A stretch of DNA of 63,007 nt, filler included, from Reticulomyxa filosa (Eukaryota > Protista > Foraminifera), in the NCBI GenBank assembly GCA_000512085.1. It is 19 parts of 19 records of this genome, joined end to end, with 100 filler letters (N's around TTAATTAATTAA, not from the genome) between each part and the next. Parts side by side here need not be neighbours in the genome. Positions count along the whole stretch, not along the records: positions 41,615 to 50,468 come from ASPP01001486.1; positions 50,569 to 52,496 come from ASPP01013199.1; positions 52,597 to 53,697 come from ASPP01034288.1; positions 53,798 to 55,332 come from ASPP01019213.1; positions 55,433 to 57,305 come from ASPP01009971.1; positions 57,406 to 59,451 come from ASPP01037238.1; positions 59,552 to 61,894 come from ASPP01019371.1; positions 61,995 to 63,007 come from ASPP01011221.1; 11 more parts are not named here. One strand, written 5' to 3'. Positions 49,852 to 62,853 of the stretch are shown one piece after another. Position 1 is the stretch's first letter, and each line of letters opens with the position of its first letter. A program made the translations under genes and the position numbers. The notes under the pieces were generated by a model. The model was given only the letters and a program-made list of their open reading frames with translations, made no database searches and was not told where the DNA came from.

Positions 49852-50436
49852 GATGAGTGTGCATTATCGCTATTGAATAACATTGAACAGCAAAACTTTG
49901 TGATGAATCGTCAAAAATCGATAAAGCGTCGAATACCAAGTGTGCTAAATGACGAGACAGACGCGAACAGCACAACGGACAGTGGAGCATATGACGGGTC
50001 AGTAATTCGGGCAATGTTTACGCGGGACATGAATTACTGGAGTTCGTTTGTGGACGAAATGAGCAACCCCTCCTCGAACAAGTACCCGAGTCCGCCGAAC
50101 GCGCCATCGACACTGATGCACACAAATGGTCCGCAGCACGTGTTGTCCCCTCTGGGGAGCTCCGAGGCGCGAGGATTCGAGACATCGACGATCGAAAGCG
50201 AGATGAAAGCAGCACGAAGGAGTCGCTTTCGTTGTCCTCGGCCGGCACCGCACAAGCCACGACAATAATGAATCACGAGCCACCAAAGCCGGAGACAGTG
50301 CCCGTGATTGACGACGACTTTGCAGTGTACGAATACGCGTTGTTGCAAGCATTGGAATGGCCTCTGGACGACGACGAGCCGCCAGATGATCAAGCGTTGG
50401 AAGCGACCAAAGCAAAGCAATTGAATAACAAACAGG
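49852..50436 (+). CDS. Hypothetical protein, first exon with a probable sequencing frameshift
   Basis: Coding-like composition from ATG ~49852, a frame change near 50200 and a GT donor near 50436. Confidence 0.4.
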
Positions 50437-50595
50437 TTATTTTTTATTTAAAAAAAAAAAGGGAGGGGNNNNNNNNNNNNNNNNNNNNNNNNNNNNNNNN
50501 NNNNNNNNNNNNTTAATTAATTAANNNNNNNNNNNNNNNNNNNNNNNNNNNNNNNNNNNNNNNNNNNNAAAAAAAAAAAAAAAAAAAAAATGAAC

Positions 50596-51151
50596 TTGTC
50601 GAGCAATGACTTCAGGATCTCTATCGATGTACTGGACAAACCATCCTTTTTCAGTTTTGTCAACTTTCGCGACACCTTTGCGACCCAAATACAACACAAA
50701 GCCGGTCAATGTGCTCCATATGGTCGCATTCATGTGGAAGTGGTTCTTGTCCGATATGTACTCTTGATATATTTCATTCGCTTTAACCCGACGGCCTCCC
50801 TTCCTTCGCAAAATGCTCACAAAACCTTGCTCGAATTCCGACGAGAAGCTGTTCATGAACCTTCCCGGATTTTCCATAAACAGTCGCATTTGACGCTGAT
50901 GAGACTCTGACATCTTGTGACACTTTATTTTTTTAATTTAGTCCCCATCCCATCCCATTCGATTTGTCGTCATTTTCTTATTCACTTTTTTTTTTTTTTT
51001 CTAAAATAATAATGTAACTGCTCACTTTGAAGCCATTCTCGTCACGACATTGCTTTTCACACATTTGACAGTACCATTTCAACTTTTGCAACCCTTTCGA
51101 TTTCATGCGATTTGCAATCGCTTTGGGACTGAAAAAATCATGCTTTGGCAT
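50596..51151 (-). CDS. KIN17: KIN17 DNA/RNA-binding protein (5' part; intron 50923-51025)
   Basis: MPKHDFFSPKAIANRMKSKGLQKLKWYCQMCEKQCRDENGFK|CHKMSESHQRQM..YQEYISDKNHFHMNATIWSTLTGFVLYLGR..EKGWFVQYIDRDPE. Confidence 0.95.
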
Positions 51152-51863
51152 TATTCATACAATTATACAATTTTAGTTTAGGAGATTTATATTGATATTA
51201 TGCGCAGATTGAGATTTATGCTGGCAACAAATTTTATTCGCGCTCCCCCTTTATTTTTTTCCACCCTTTTTTTTTGCCAAGTTTTTAAGTTTTGCTCTTT
51301 TTGAGTAACATTCTTCATCTTCATTGTTTTAATTGATCTACACCTCAGATCCCAAAAATGACGCAAATTTCTACGTAAGTGAAAATGTATATTTTTTTAG
51401 TGAGCGAAGAGAAAAAAAAAAATCATCGCTATTTTTTTAGACCAGTTTCATACTTTTTTGGTTTAGTTTTGCTGCAAGGAGAAGAAAATTGGTCCCCCCA
51501 CATTGAGATATTTGAGGGACATACATGAGCTACAAAAAAAAAGTTATGTTAACACTTGCATAAATTTGACAATCCTGCCAAGTATTCGCTACACATACAG
51601 TCCATGCGATTTTTTCAAGGTCTTAAAGGAGAAGAAACAAAAAGAGAAAAAAAGCAAAAACAGAAAGACACACTAAACGCCCACACGTAAATACATAAAA
51701 AAAAAATACTGCCAAAAATTGATAGAATTTTTTTGGTCTATTCTTTTTTTTTTTTTTTTTTTACTTTTATATCACCTTTTTTTTTTCCTTTTATTTATTG
51801 CAATTTTTTTAAAAAAATATTGTCAATCACCAATGGACTAAGAAAAGAGAATAAGTAGAACGA

Positions 51864-52445
51864 TTATGTTTTGTGAGTAGAGCTATTTTGCTTTTGATCG
51901 GTGGTTTGCTTTTGATCGGTGGTTTGCTTTTGATTATTAGTTTGTTTTTGGTTATTGGATTGCTTCTGATCAGTAGTAGTTTGCTTTTTTTTGGTGGTTT
52001 GCTTTTCGTCTAAATCGCAATCTTCAGGAATGGAATTGAGTATATTGTGTTCTTTGAGATTGGTGAAAGAGTGTTCATTGTCGATATTGGAGACCCAGTC
52101 TTTGTGCCATGTATCTTCCATCAATGCAAACTGTGACTCCAGCTCTTTTCTCTCTGACGGACTGAACAGCGAGACAGTGGAAACATCGCTGTCCCAAGAA
52201 AACCTAGTGCTGTGTTGGGAGGAGGTACGTATCAATGGAGTGGGGATCCCTTTCATACTACTCCCTGCCATCGGTGTACCACTCCCGATCAATTCATTCG
52301 TATTTCGATCTGGATGAATCAACAGCGACAAGCGGTCACCGCTTAAACTATTCACACTTTCGATCATTGATTCCTCCGTTAAGCTGTTTTCGTAATACCA
52401 TTCACTGTGGCTTAACAACTTGCTTTCTTTCATTGTACTTTCCAA
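51864..52445 (-). CDS. Terminal exon of an unknown protein with 18-nt (QKQTTD-type) tandem repeats
   Basis: Open frame after a CA-repeat intron. About five 6-aa repeats at 51885-51985. Confidence 0.5.
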   Translation of the reverse strand: MESTMKESKLLSHSEWYYENSLTEESMIESVNSLSGDRLSLLIHPDRNTNELIGSGTPMAGSSMKGIPTPLIRTSSQHSTRFSWDSDVSTVSLFSPSERKELESQFALMEDTWHKDWVSNIDNEHSFTNLKEHNILNSIPEDCDLDEKQTTKKKQTTTDQKQSNNQKQTNNQKQTTDQKQTTDQKQNSSTHKT

Positions 52446-54119
52446 CTTTGTGTGTGTGTGTGTGTGTGTGCAATCACCAGTTGCTATTTTTTTTTTNNNN
52501 NNNNNNNNNNNNNNNNNNNNNNNNNNNNNNNNNNNNNNNNTTAATTAATTAANNNNNNNNNNNNNNNNNNNNNNNNNNNNNNNNNNNNNNNNNNNNCCCC
52601 CCAATGGAAAGTATTAAGCAAATATGGCAATATCTTGCAGTGGTAGCATGAAGTATTTCAAAGAACTTGTTTACAATCATCGAAAACACACACAAGTCTC
52701 TGGCGTTTTGCCACGCCAAAAATTAGCATCAAAAGTGGTGTTGAATTTCGAGTTACTGGCGCCAACGCACAATGGAAGTTTGGTCGTAATAGAAATGAAC
52801 CGCTAATTTTATCAACTCAGAACAACAATTGAAACGGACTGTGTGCGTGCGCACGTGCGCAAATGTTGGGTTTTGCACCATGAGCGTGTTGATAGGAGGA
52901 ATGGTAAGCTCGCAGACGACATTGATCATTGATAATTGGTGAATAGAGCGAGCTTGTTGTATTTTCTAGCTTCATCACCGCAAGAGTCGTTTGTCTTGCG
53001 TTTGGTAAAGATAGATATGCATTTGTTCCACAAACTGTATTCTGGATCGACTATTGACCACTGAAGACATGTTGGATTGGCAATTAAGAAAGCAATAAAG
53101 AAGAATAGCCCGCGACTAAGTCAAAATAAAAAAAAATACAAATGGTATCCCCCATCATTGTATCGTCAAAACGAAAATTGTTGAATGGGCAAATGATCGA
53201 TGTTGGAAATCCTCTCATCCATTACCATGCGTCAAGGTCAAAGTATGTCTCCTATCACAAGGGCGACGAGGACGAATGAATTTGGTATACCATTGGAATC
53301 TTTGAAAAAAATTATCACAGTTCAATCGCCGACGATCTAAATCTTGGTCCTGTTCGACTAAGAAGACAAAGCTTGCCAAGAAGAAAGGAAGAAAAAAGAC
53401 TTGATAATATCGCGCAAAAATGAAAACGACGAAATGATACCAATATTGCAGTATCGCAATGACAGCAGCGACTAGATTGGCCAAAGAAATACAAGGCAAA
53501 GAAGAAGTCGATGTTTAGGAAATACATAATCACACATGGGTGAGCATACTCTCACATGAGACTATTCTCCCGACATCGTGATTCAATTTGGTATGATTTT
53601 TGTGAAACTCCAAGCAAACAAGAGGATGGGAATGCTGATCATGATGATAAATAGAAAGAAAATTTTGAGGATACCGCGTTGGATTTTTTTTTTTTTTNNN
53701 NNNNNNNNNNNNNNNNNNNNNNNNNNNNNNNNNNNNNNNNNTTAATTAATTAANNNNNNNNNNNNNNNNNNNNNNNNNNNNNNNNNNNNNNNNNNNNGAT
53801 TTGAAATATTGAATATGATTTTGAATAAACAATAATAAAATGTATGGATTTGAAGATTTATTATGTGAAAGAGATCGCATTTATTAAAAAATGCCTTTCA
53901 ATTTATTGAGCCGAATTTATAATTGTAAACATTTTAAAATTTTATTCGTTAGCGTTTTTTAATCAAGGATTTTTAGATATTAAGACAATCTTTTTTTAAA
54001 TTTTATTTCAAAAAAAAATTGAACTTTTTCATTTGTATATTTATTCAAATTTCCAATTTAAAAAATCATGATCATTAATTAGCATTAATATTTTAAAAAA
54101 GCAATATTCACCAAAAGGG

Positions 54120-54760
54120 GCTGTTTTAAACATAATAATACATCATCTTGATTGCTTCATTGAATTGACCTTGTTCTAAACGAATTATAATCTTCCGTTT
54201 CTTTAATTTATCTTCAATACTATTCTTCTTTGATTTATAATGTACTCCTTTCTTTATTATTTTTGAATATTGATCTTCTCCTTATAATTTTTAATTGGAC
54301 CATTTTTTGAATTTTTGTTTCAAATAATCTTTTACAGTCATCAAATAACGAAATAAATTTGTTGATATCAAAGTGCAATCTAATGGTACGTTTAAGCACT
54401 TTCCATATCATGTGATTTGCACATACTGACAACATTAAATTGCATATTATTAGATCTGGAAGATTGACTGATTGAAATAATATAAGCTTGTTTGATATCA
54501 CCTTTCTTTGAGCATCCTTTAATCATTATATTGAATGCAATTAAATCAATCGGGTTATTTTAATTCAGGACATCTCTTGTGCAACAGAACAGATGACTAT
54601 AGTTGATCGTATTTTAAAGAATTGAATAATATCATTAGCCGCTGCCATTTCTTTAATCAACGATCTTTCATAATGTGATTGTGACGGTGATGTTGTTTTG
54701 CTAATGCTCCATTTTGTCCTTGTAACTTTTCTTATATTCATTAGACGTGTTGTTCTTCCA
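54120..54760 (-). pseudogene. Decayed pentatricopeptide-repeat (PPR) gene
   Basis: Fragments IDLIAFNIMIKGC..KGDIKQA, PDLIICNLMLSVCA and EQGQFNEAIKM, broken by frameshifts. Confidence 0.5.
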
Positions 54761-55185
54761 AATAAATTTTATATTGATCTTTTTGTCATAGAGAACTGAA
54801 AGAGCTGGAGGTGAGAGTTGGTTTGTTATATAAACGTGTGACTAAGAACATATTTTTCATTATTGTTTTCATCATTGTTAAGAGATTATTTTATGTCACC
54901 TTTTTTGGTGAACATTCAAAAATGAACTGTGAACTTAAATTTTTTGATGTTAGCAATGGAATTTGTGCTCATTAAATTAGAAGCTCAAATCTTTATATGT
55001 TTTGTTGTTTTTTTTGCCAAGGAAATGATTAGTCTTTTTAAATTATACTCACCAAAAGAAAAAAAATAATTTATTTTATTTTTGTGATCATTCTTGTAAT
55101 GAAGTAAAAAATAATCTTGGATAATTAACACATGTATATTGTAACTCATATTTAAAATGTCAAAAATATGTACATATATACTATA

Positions 55186-55332
55186 CTATTCCCATATTCT
55201 GATTGTATTGTCATAAGAACTGGATACAATTGTATTACCATCTGATGAAACATCTATTCTTGAAATCCAATTAGAATGTCCTTCCAATTTGTGTATTTCA
55301 TAGCCTGAATTTACATCCCATAAACGAATAGT
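55186..55332 (-). CDS. C-terminus of a WD40-repeat protein
   Basis: TIRLWDVNSGYEIHKLEGHSNWISRIDVSSDGNTIVSSSYDNTIRIWE*. Confidence 0.9.
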   Translation of the reverse strand, partial: TIRLWDVNSGYEIHKLEGHSNWISRIDVSSDGNTIVSSSYDNTIRIWE

Positions 55333-55432
55333 NNNNNNNNNNNNNNNNNNNNNNNNNNNNNNNNNNNNNNNNNNNNTTAATTAATTAANNNNNNNNNNNN
55401 NNNNNNNNNNNNNNNNNNNNNNNNNNNNNNNN

Positions 55433-55468
<36 letters not shown>

Positions 55469-55535
55469 GTATACATATATATACATATATATTTATATAT
55501 ACATATATGTGATACCCTTTTTATTGGGAAATAAG

Positions 55536-56158
55536 GTCCTGTCGACAATTTATGGTTATTGTGCTCTCATGGTCAACCTTTGGCCTCTAATCATCAGAGA
55601 CATCGTAAGGTCGCCATTACAATAAACGTGACGACGTGGAAGGCATTGGTTGAGCAGTTTGGGTCTTTGATGGACATGCCGCCCTTATATGCATTTCCAA
55701 AGCAGACAGACGAAGAGCCAACAACAGCAACAGCAACGAACACACTGTGGCTATTATCCTTCGCCTTTGCCAACAATTGTGCTGAGTGCAAACAACAAAT
55801 ATTGGTCCATCAAAAAAATTTCGAAAACAATAAAGTCGGCGCTTTCAAGTCACAAAACCAACTCCCATTTGTTGCGCTGAGCATGAAGTGGGTCATTCAA
55901 TGGCGAAACTGGATTTTAAATAAAACACAGGACATCCCAGGACCTATAGATAATCGCCACATTGCTGACAAAAATCGCAAACTGAAGGAAGGAGTCAAAA
56001 TTGAGGAGGATTATATTTGCGTGCCTCTCTCAGTTTGGAATTTTTTACAAAACATCTACAATGGTGGACCCAGAGTTATCATCGATTTTCAGCCAAACAA
56101 CAAAGACAATGCTAATGATAGTCATCATGATGGGGATAACATCCTACCAAGTCTGTAA
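55536..56158 (+). CDS. Last exon of a ubiquitin-specific protease with tandem DUSP domains (USP20/33-like)
   Basis: GPVDN..LCSHG..W..LVEQFG followed by LSMKWVIQWRNWI..PGPIDNRHI..DYICVPLSVWNFLQNIYNGGP. Confidence 0.82.
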
Positions 56159-57405
56159 TTCCAGTGATCCATGTGCACTTATATATATATATGTATTACC
56201 TGTTTTTTCCAATTCTACGTTTAAATCGTTCGTTTTTGCCTTGTCTGATTCGATTTCGTTTGTTTCATTAAAGGTTTCTATGACTACCTTGGGTATGGTA
56301 AAATGTAGGATCTTACAAAACCGCCTAATTTTAAGTGTAGTTATTTAAAATTTAAAGAATGTGACTCAAAAATTGTTTATGCTTTTTTTTCCCGACATAA
56401 TAACACATTTCAAAAAGCCTAAATTTGATTTTGATAAGAAAAGTCATATCAGATAATTTCACGTGCAAAAATTAGAAATAATTTTTCTGCATCACCATAA
56501 AAAAAAATCAATCATATCACAAAATTAATATAAATAAAAAATCAAAAAAACTCTGCATTAAATAAAATTTCAGAGCTAAAATTTAATTTGAAAAGTCGAA
56601 TTTCAATTGTTGAATTTTTTAAAAAATTACAAAAGATACAATAATAATTTTTTTAACACTTGAAGAGTTCTAAAAAAAACAAAAAATTAAACATTTTATT
56701 TTGTCAATACATGTTTGGTTTATATGCATTTTTGCAAATTTTCAAAAATCATACAAAATAGTGATATTTTCGATCAACTTAGAAAAAAGTTATCATAAAA
56801 CTGATTTCATATTTAAAAACACAATATTTGTATATTTTAAAAAATTAGGTCCAAATGTTTATTTTTCATTGAAAAAATCGATTCTTTTTTTCTTGAAGAC
56901 TACATTAGAAGTTGTCGTTAGTAAAGTGTTCTAGAAATGATTTGTAAACGTTTTTTTTTTTTGACAAAGAGTTTCTTATTGATCAAGAAACTACTTTATT
57001 AATAATCATTGTTTATTAATAAATTGAAACACATAAAGGTTATGTTTTGTTATCGATTTGGATATCTCAAATTTGTACAATAAATATCCTTTAATTATTG
57101 AAAAAAGCCTGATGTTGTTTCAATTTCAATATCTAAATAATATAAATCATATTGAATAATGGATGATATTTTCAGACTATAAAGGTGGCTGATCATTACA
57201 CTTTTAAAAAGAAATATGATATGATGATTTGTAATAAATCCAATTTTTCAATTTTGTTATTTAAAATAATATAAAAAGTGTGATGTATGTGATCAGATCC
57301 GGAGGNNNNNNNNNNNNNNNNNNNNNNNNNNNNNNNNNNNNNNNNNNNNTTAATTAATTAANNNNNNNNNNNNNNNNNNNNNNNNNNNNNNNNNNNNNNN
57401 NNNNN

Positions 57406-59400
57406 CACGCCTTCATTTGAACTTATTACTATTTTGTCTTGTTGCGCGTGTTTCGTGTTGCCAGAAGATAGGAGTGATTCCATCGTACCCGAAATGTTTC
57501 CAAAGCATCGGACATGGAAATTCCAACTGAATGGAAACTGTGCTTCAGTAATAATAATAAAAACAACCTTAAAGTAGCAATTATCATAAAATGATAAAAG
57601 CACTCGTGTTCATCCCACAGTAATTACATAATCAACAACATTTTGATACTCTTTAACGAGATGGTAACGATGCATGGCATTGAGATCCTGTTGAAAACTG
57701 TCACTTAGTTCACAAAGCACGTCTTCTGTCGAAATTGTTTCTTGTATTGTCCATTGCAGTCGTTGTATCATTACACTTTGGAGTTTTGTCCATTTGGGGT
57801 CTTGCATACCAAATAAATTGGAGAGTGCAAAGGGAGCATCAATCAAATGTGAAAATTTTAAATGATAAAATCCGCATTGCAGAGTTTTGTTCAGCACCTG
57901 TTCATCGGCCATAACATTCAATGCACAAAAATAAATAATCATAATAAATATTATATATATATTAATATACATGTGCAAAAGACTGATTATTTGCAATTTG
58001 GAGAATTGCAGAAGAAGTGTTTTGATTCAATTCTTCAATAACGTTGAAGCGTCACTTATTTAAGACTGAATGAACATTTTCCATATTCTGTTCAAAAAAT
58101 AAATAAATAAATCTTTTTCATTTAATTTAACTATCGAAGTGACAACAAGCAAAACCTTGAAAAAACGATCAGAAATGGGTGCAATGTGGGCTGAAGATTG
58201 CGCACGATAAGTATAATAACTTTTGAATGACAATCGTTGTTGCAATAAGCATTTTCAAGAATAGATTGGTCTGAAAATATTGCATCAAATTTTCATTTTT
58301 ATGTTGATATTGCAGCATCAACATTTGTCTGTTCTTACTTTGAAAAAAGTCATCCACCTCCTTTTTAAATTCGCTCACTTTCAAATACAAGTCCATATTT
58401 TTGCATTCGTCATATCTTTGTTGAAAAATTGTTCGCTCCAATCCATTCATCAACACCAATATCAGCGCATTTCTCTGTGACTTTGCATCACTGACTACTT
58501 TTGCCTTTTATTTTAAAAAACATTGATTTTGTTAATTTACTTTTGTGTTTCAATGTTTTCCTAAAGTGAGAAAAACATTGCAACCTTCTTAACAAAGGTA
58601 GGAAAGCGAATTTCTTCATTTTGCAAACGCCTATTTTTGTTCAAATCCATGACCTTGAAAAAATACATCAAAGGAAAGAATAATTTGAGGAGTTCAGCAT
58701 TGAAGTCCACATTTGCATTATTGCTTATTTTGGAAGCGTATAAACACGAAATGGCAGAAGGAATAATGTCTTGATTGAATCCACAAAATAAATATTTTAA
58801 TTCATTCGAATTAATTCCAAAGTATTTGCACAGGTATTGTTCGAATGCAGATGCTCTCTTGGCAATGTCTAAAGGGAATGCTGTGTCATACGAAATTTAC
58901 TGTTTTTCAAATCGACTGAAAAAAGCTTTTTGCATTGAATCGTTCAAATCATCCTCAGAAACAATACTGCACATTTAAATATTTTTGCAACTAGATGCTC
59001 ATTGTAATCGCTGTCTGTTGCGACTTGGCAATAAAATTGACCATCTTTTTTTCCCCTCCACAAACATTCAAAATATATGTATGTGTATATGTATATAATA
59101 TGTAAATATAAATACCTTGGGAATTGGTTTTACACGTCTTTTAAATTCATCGATTATTGTCCTGATTTTATATCCCATGATTGAATTATTCCATCAATTG
59201 AACATGACAACAGCATTTCTAGCTGATGAAAGTATTATACCATTTTCCAAATTCGGATTTCTTTCAAGTTTTAATTTTTTTTCCTGATGCAATGTCCAAT
59301 ATTTCAACTACTCCATGCCTTGTTAACACAATAACATTGCAATTGTCCGCTGCCATCTTTACGTTTTTTGAATGCACTCGCAATTCTTAAAATAATTTAA
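57406..59400 (-). pseudogene. Fragmented multi-exon gene remnant, family not identified
   Basis: Coding-like helical segments (57610-57900, 58169-58459) interrupted by stops and frameshifts. Confidence 0.35.
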
Positions 59401-59551
59401 AACCTTTTGCCTATGTTAAAACATGTCAATCAATACTATCTGAATTTTTTTNNNNNNNNNNNNNNNNNNNNNNNNNNNNNNNNNNNNNNNNNNNNTTAAT
59501 TAATTAANNNNNNNNNNNNNNNNNNNNNNNNNNNNNNNNNNNNNNNNNNNN

Positions 59552-60732
59552 GTGAATGTTGGATACATTTCAATGGATTGGGCGAATAGCAATCCTCTGT
59601 ACATTTACATTGCAATCGGCGGAGGCAGCGTAGGTGTGATCCTGCTGGTATTTATGCTGTTATTTTTATGGGAAGTCAAAACGTATGGCATTTACAAGTA
59701 CATTCAACGAGATGACCAAAAGGCCAGAGATCACTACTTTTATTCCTTTGTCGGCACCATCATTTATGGTCATGGACAATTTCATTCTTCCAATAACAAA
59801 GTGTCTATGGTTAACTCATCTTGCTTACACTTTTTCTTTCACTTTCGATATATACACTCATATATATATACATATATATATATTTGTACATATATGTATA
59901 TGTATATGGACAGATAATGAGACTACTGTGTGATACACTATTTTTGGTGATATGCGACAAATTGGTAATGATCCTTTGCTGTACGAGGGATGGAAAGTGG
60001 CGAATGGACTCGGACGTGACATGTTGGACCGGAGAGCATTTGAAAATTGGCACAGTTGCATTGATTGCATTGGCGTATTACATTCCCTTTTGCATAATGG
60101 TGGCTCCAATGTTTGTCGAGTTCCCAACTCCGTTAGCTGGGTCGTGCAAAGACTATTTGTCGCTCACTTCGACGGTGGAGTTTATCAAGCCTTATCTGTC
60201 GGTGGTCACCTTGGCCAAATCATTTATGTTAGTTTCGGCTCAACTTTTAAGTGAAGGAAAGCCAGTGGGCACTGTCTTGTCTCAACTCTTTACGTGTCTG
60301 GCTCTGTTCATTGCCACCGTCCTTTGGTCGTGGAACAACTTGAATCTGCAACAATACCATAAAGTATTCATGCCCGTGTTCCCGTACGGCGTGTCTATCC
60401 TCAAATCCTTGGGCTTTTTGGCAGGTGTTATTGGCTCCATTATTGAGTTGCTTTTTGTTTATCAAGTCCTACCTGGCTCCATGTTTGGACACAAACTCAG
60501 TCAGGATTCTGCTGATATGCAATACTTGCTGCTTATATTTGCTCTTGCTTGTATCTTTGCTGCTCTGTTTTTCTTCAAGGTCAAGCACACTGTCAAGAAG
60601 AACAATCAACTTTCTTTGCAAGACAAGCAGATTTTGTTGACTGGATTTAAGCTTCAAAATTTGGTGCATGCTTCTCATAATGCACTTTACATTGTCTTTG
60701 ACTCGGTTGCTGGAACATGGTTTTGGAGATAA
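59552..60732 (+). CDS. C-terminal part of a multi-pass membrane protein (protist Cys-linked TM module)
   Basis: LCCTRDGKWRMDSDVTCWTGEH followed by several TM helices. TA-rich intron at about 59810-59912. Confidence 0.6.
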
Positions 60733-61621
60733 CAACGTGCTTACATTTACTTTTTTAAAATTTTAAATTCAATAGGATATGTAATTAAATAAAGATAAAT
60801 TTGAATCAAGTTATTATTACCAAAGTTCTTTTACACTGCCCCTAACAAAAAGAACATGCATTCATATTACTTTGAACAATCCCCAATTTTAAACATGAAT
60901 GCATCTCAAGGAAAATATTTTTCAAGGAACGTGCCAAGAAGTCAATATTTCGACGTTATTAAATGGACATACATGAACTTGATAAAAAGTGTTGCCAATG
61001 ACAAGTGTAATATCACATCTTGATCTTTGCTTTAAGTCAAAAACTTGTACAAACTATTTGCAAATGCATATGATATCACACAAACACTAAATTGTGTAAA
61101 GTATTAAAAAAACATAAAAAAATACAATTTATAAAAGATGTTGGGGGATTTGAACACACATTACTGCGTTGAAACGTGTGCTGTTGCAAGTATCACAATA
61201 CATAAGATCTAAAGTCTGTATTAGAGCATACAATGCACCAAAAGATTTATGACTATATCATTGGCATTGTATGTTACAACATTGCGTGGAGGTTACAACA
61301 CAATAGACACAACCTACTGATGCAACATAATAAAGTAGATCGCAAAAAAAACTGCCATATCTAAATGGCACTATACGAAGAAAATCGATTTTCTACATGA
61401 AAAATAAAGATTTAAACATAATTTTTTTTAAAAAAATATCTACTAATATTGTAGTTTTTAAATATTAAATTTTTTTTTTGCATGTTTTCTTCATTGTTGA
61501 TATCTTTAACTGACATTTCAAAATTTTGATATTTAAAATATTGAAACATTTGATTGCTTTTAAGAAAAGAGTTGACGTTAGTATGCTGGTTGATGGAGCT
61601 AGCATTACATACTCTAACAAG

Positions 61622-61700
61622 CTCGGGCTGACATGTAACTAGGTCCTCTTCTTATAAGGTTTCGCACTACTATTGGGCTAATCAGTACTTTCAGGTCGAG
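61622..61700 (-). ncRNA. Degenerate type-I hammerhead-ribozyme-like motif
   Basis: Minus strand reads CTCGACCTGAAAGTA CTGATTAG CCCAATAGTAGTG CGAAAC ... GT TAC ATG TCAG CC CGAG. The core is one change from CTGATGAG..CGAAAC, and the flanks pair as an extended stem I. Confidence 0.35.
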
Positions 61701-61994
61701 TGCTTTCTCCACTAGCCAACACATTGTATTCACCTAGCAAGGGGCTTAGGAGGTTCCGCCTACAGTCAGATTACCATTATCAACTAGCATGGGTCATAGG
61801 CTACAATTAGTGGTTTAAATCTCTAGATTGATCACGGTACAACTGCTAGCTCAAACTACGTCTGGGGCCCTAGTACCTTAAGGCTGAGAAACCANNNNNN
61901 NNNNNNNNNNNNNNNNNNNNNNNNNNNNNNNNNNNNNNTTAATTAATTAANNNNNNNNNNNNNNNNNNNNNNNNNNNNNNNNNNNNNNNNNNNN

Positions 61995-62739
61995 TTTCCA
62001 CCGGCGTCCAGCAGCCACGTGCCAGCACGCGCTGCAGGCTGGCTTCGCGGCCATTGGCCACCACCAGGCCTTCACCCGGCACGGTACGCACCAGATGGTG
62101 GAACTGGGTTTCGATGGCCGCCAGGTCGGCAAAAATGTCGGCGTGGTCGTATTCCAGGTTGTTCAGCACCGCGGTGCGCGGGCGGTAGTGGACGAATTTG
62201 CTGCGCTTGTCGAAGAAAGCCGTGTCGTACTCGTCGGCCTCGATCACGAAGAACGGGCTCTGGCTGGCCGCATCCTGCGCCGGCGTGCCAGGCAGGCGGG
62301 CAGAAATGCCGAAGTTTTCCGGAATGCCGCCAATCAGGAAGCCCGGCGCCAGGCCGGCGTCCTGCAGGATCCACGCCAGCATCGAGGTGGTGGTGGTCTT
62401 GCCGTGGGTACCGGCTACCGCCAGCACCCATTTGTCGTGCAGCACGTTCTCGGCCAGCCACTGCGGGCCGGAAATGTACGGCAGTACCACGGTTGAGGAT
62501 GGCTTCCATCAGCGGCTTGCCGCGCGTGACCACATTGCCCACCACGATACGTCGGCGCCGATATCGGCCTGCTCTGCCCCAAAGCCCTGCATCAGCTCGA
62601 TGCCCATGGCTTCCAGCTGGGTGCTCATCGGCGGGTAGACGTTGGCGTCGCAGCCGGTCACCTTGTGGCCGGCGGCTTTGGCGATGGCGGCGATGCCACC
62701 CATGAAGGTGCCGCAAATACCGAGAATGTGGATATGCAT
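61995..62739 (-). CDS. mpl: Murein peptide ligase (UDP-MurNAc:tripeptide ligase), bacterial, 3'-truncated, with frameshifts
   Basis: MHIHILGICGTFMGG, DANVYPPMSTQLE, VVGNVVTRG, AVAGTHGKTTTTSMLAWIL and EADEYDTAFFDKRSKFVHYRPRTAVLNNLEYDHADIF. Confidence 0.95.
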
Positions 62740-62853
62740 GATGTGCTGCAGACAGAAAACGGGAAAGCGGCAAGGATACCGCAAAGCTCTCGTTAAAACA
62801 GGATCGGGAACATGCCTATACTGGCCAGTCACCATGACAAAGGCCTAAATGCC

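Noticed and set aside
951-60732. Alternative genetic code (stop-codon reassignment)
   Set aside because: Conserved genes read through with the standard code once GT-AG introns are removed. In-frame stops occur only in decayed regions.
6114-61994. Regularly recurring TTAATTAATTAA palindrome as a CRISPR-like or biological repeat
   Set aside because: It always sits in the middle of fixed-length N-runs, so it is an artificial linker. ORFs ending in X..LIN are artefacts.
62019-62848. Plus-strand ORFs overlapping mpl
   Set aside because: These are shadow ORFs of GC-rich coding DNA.
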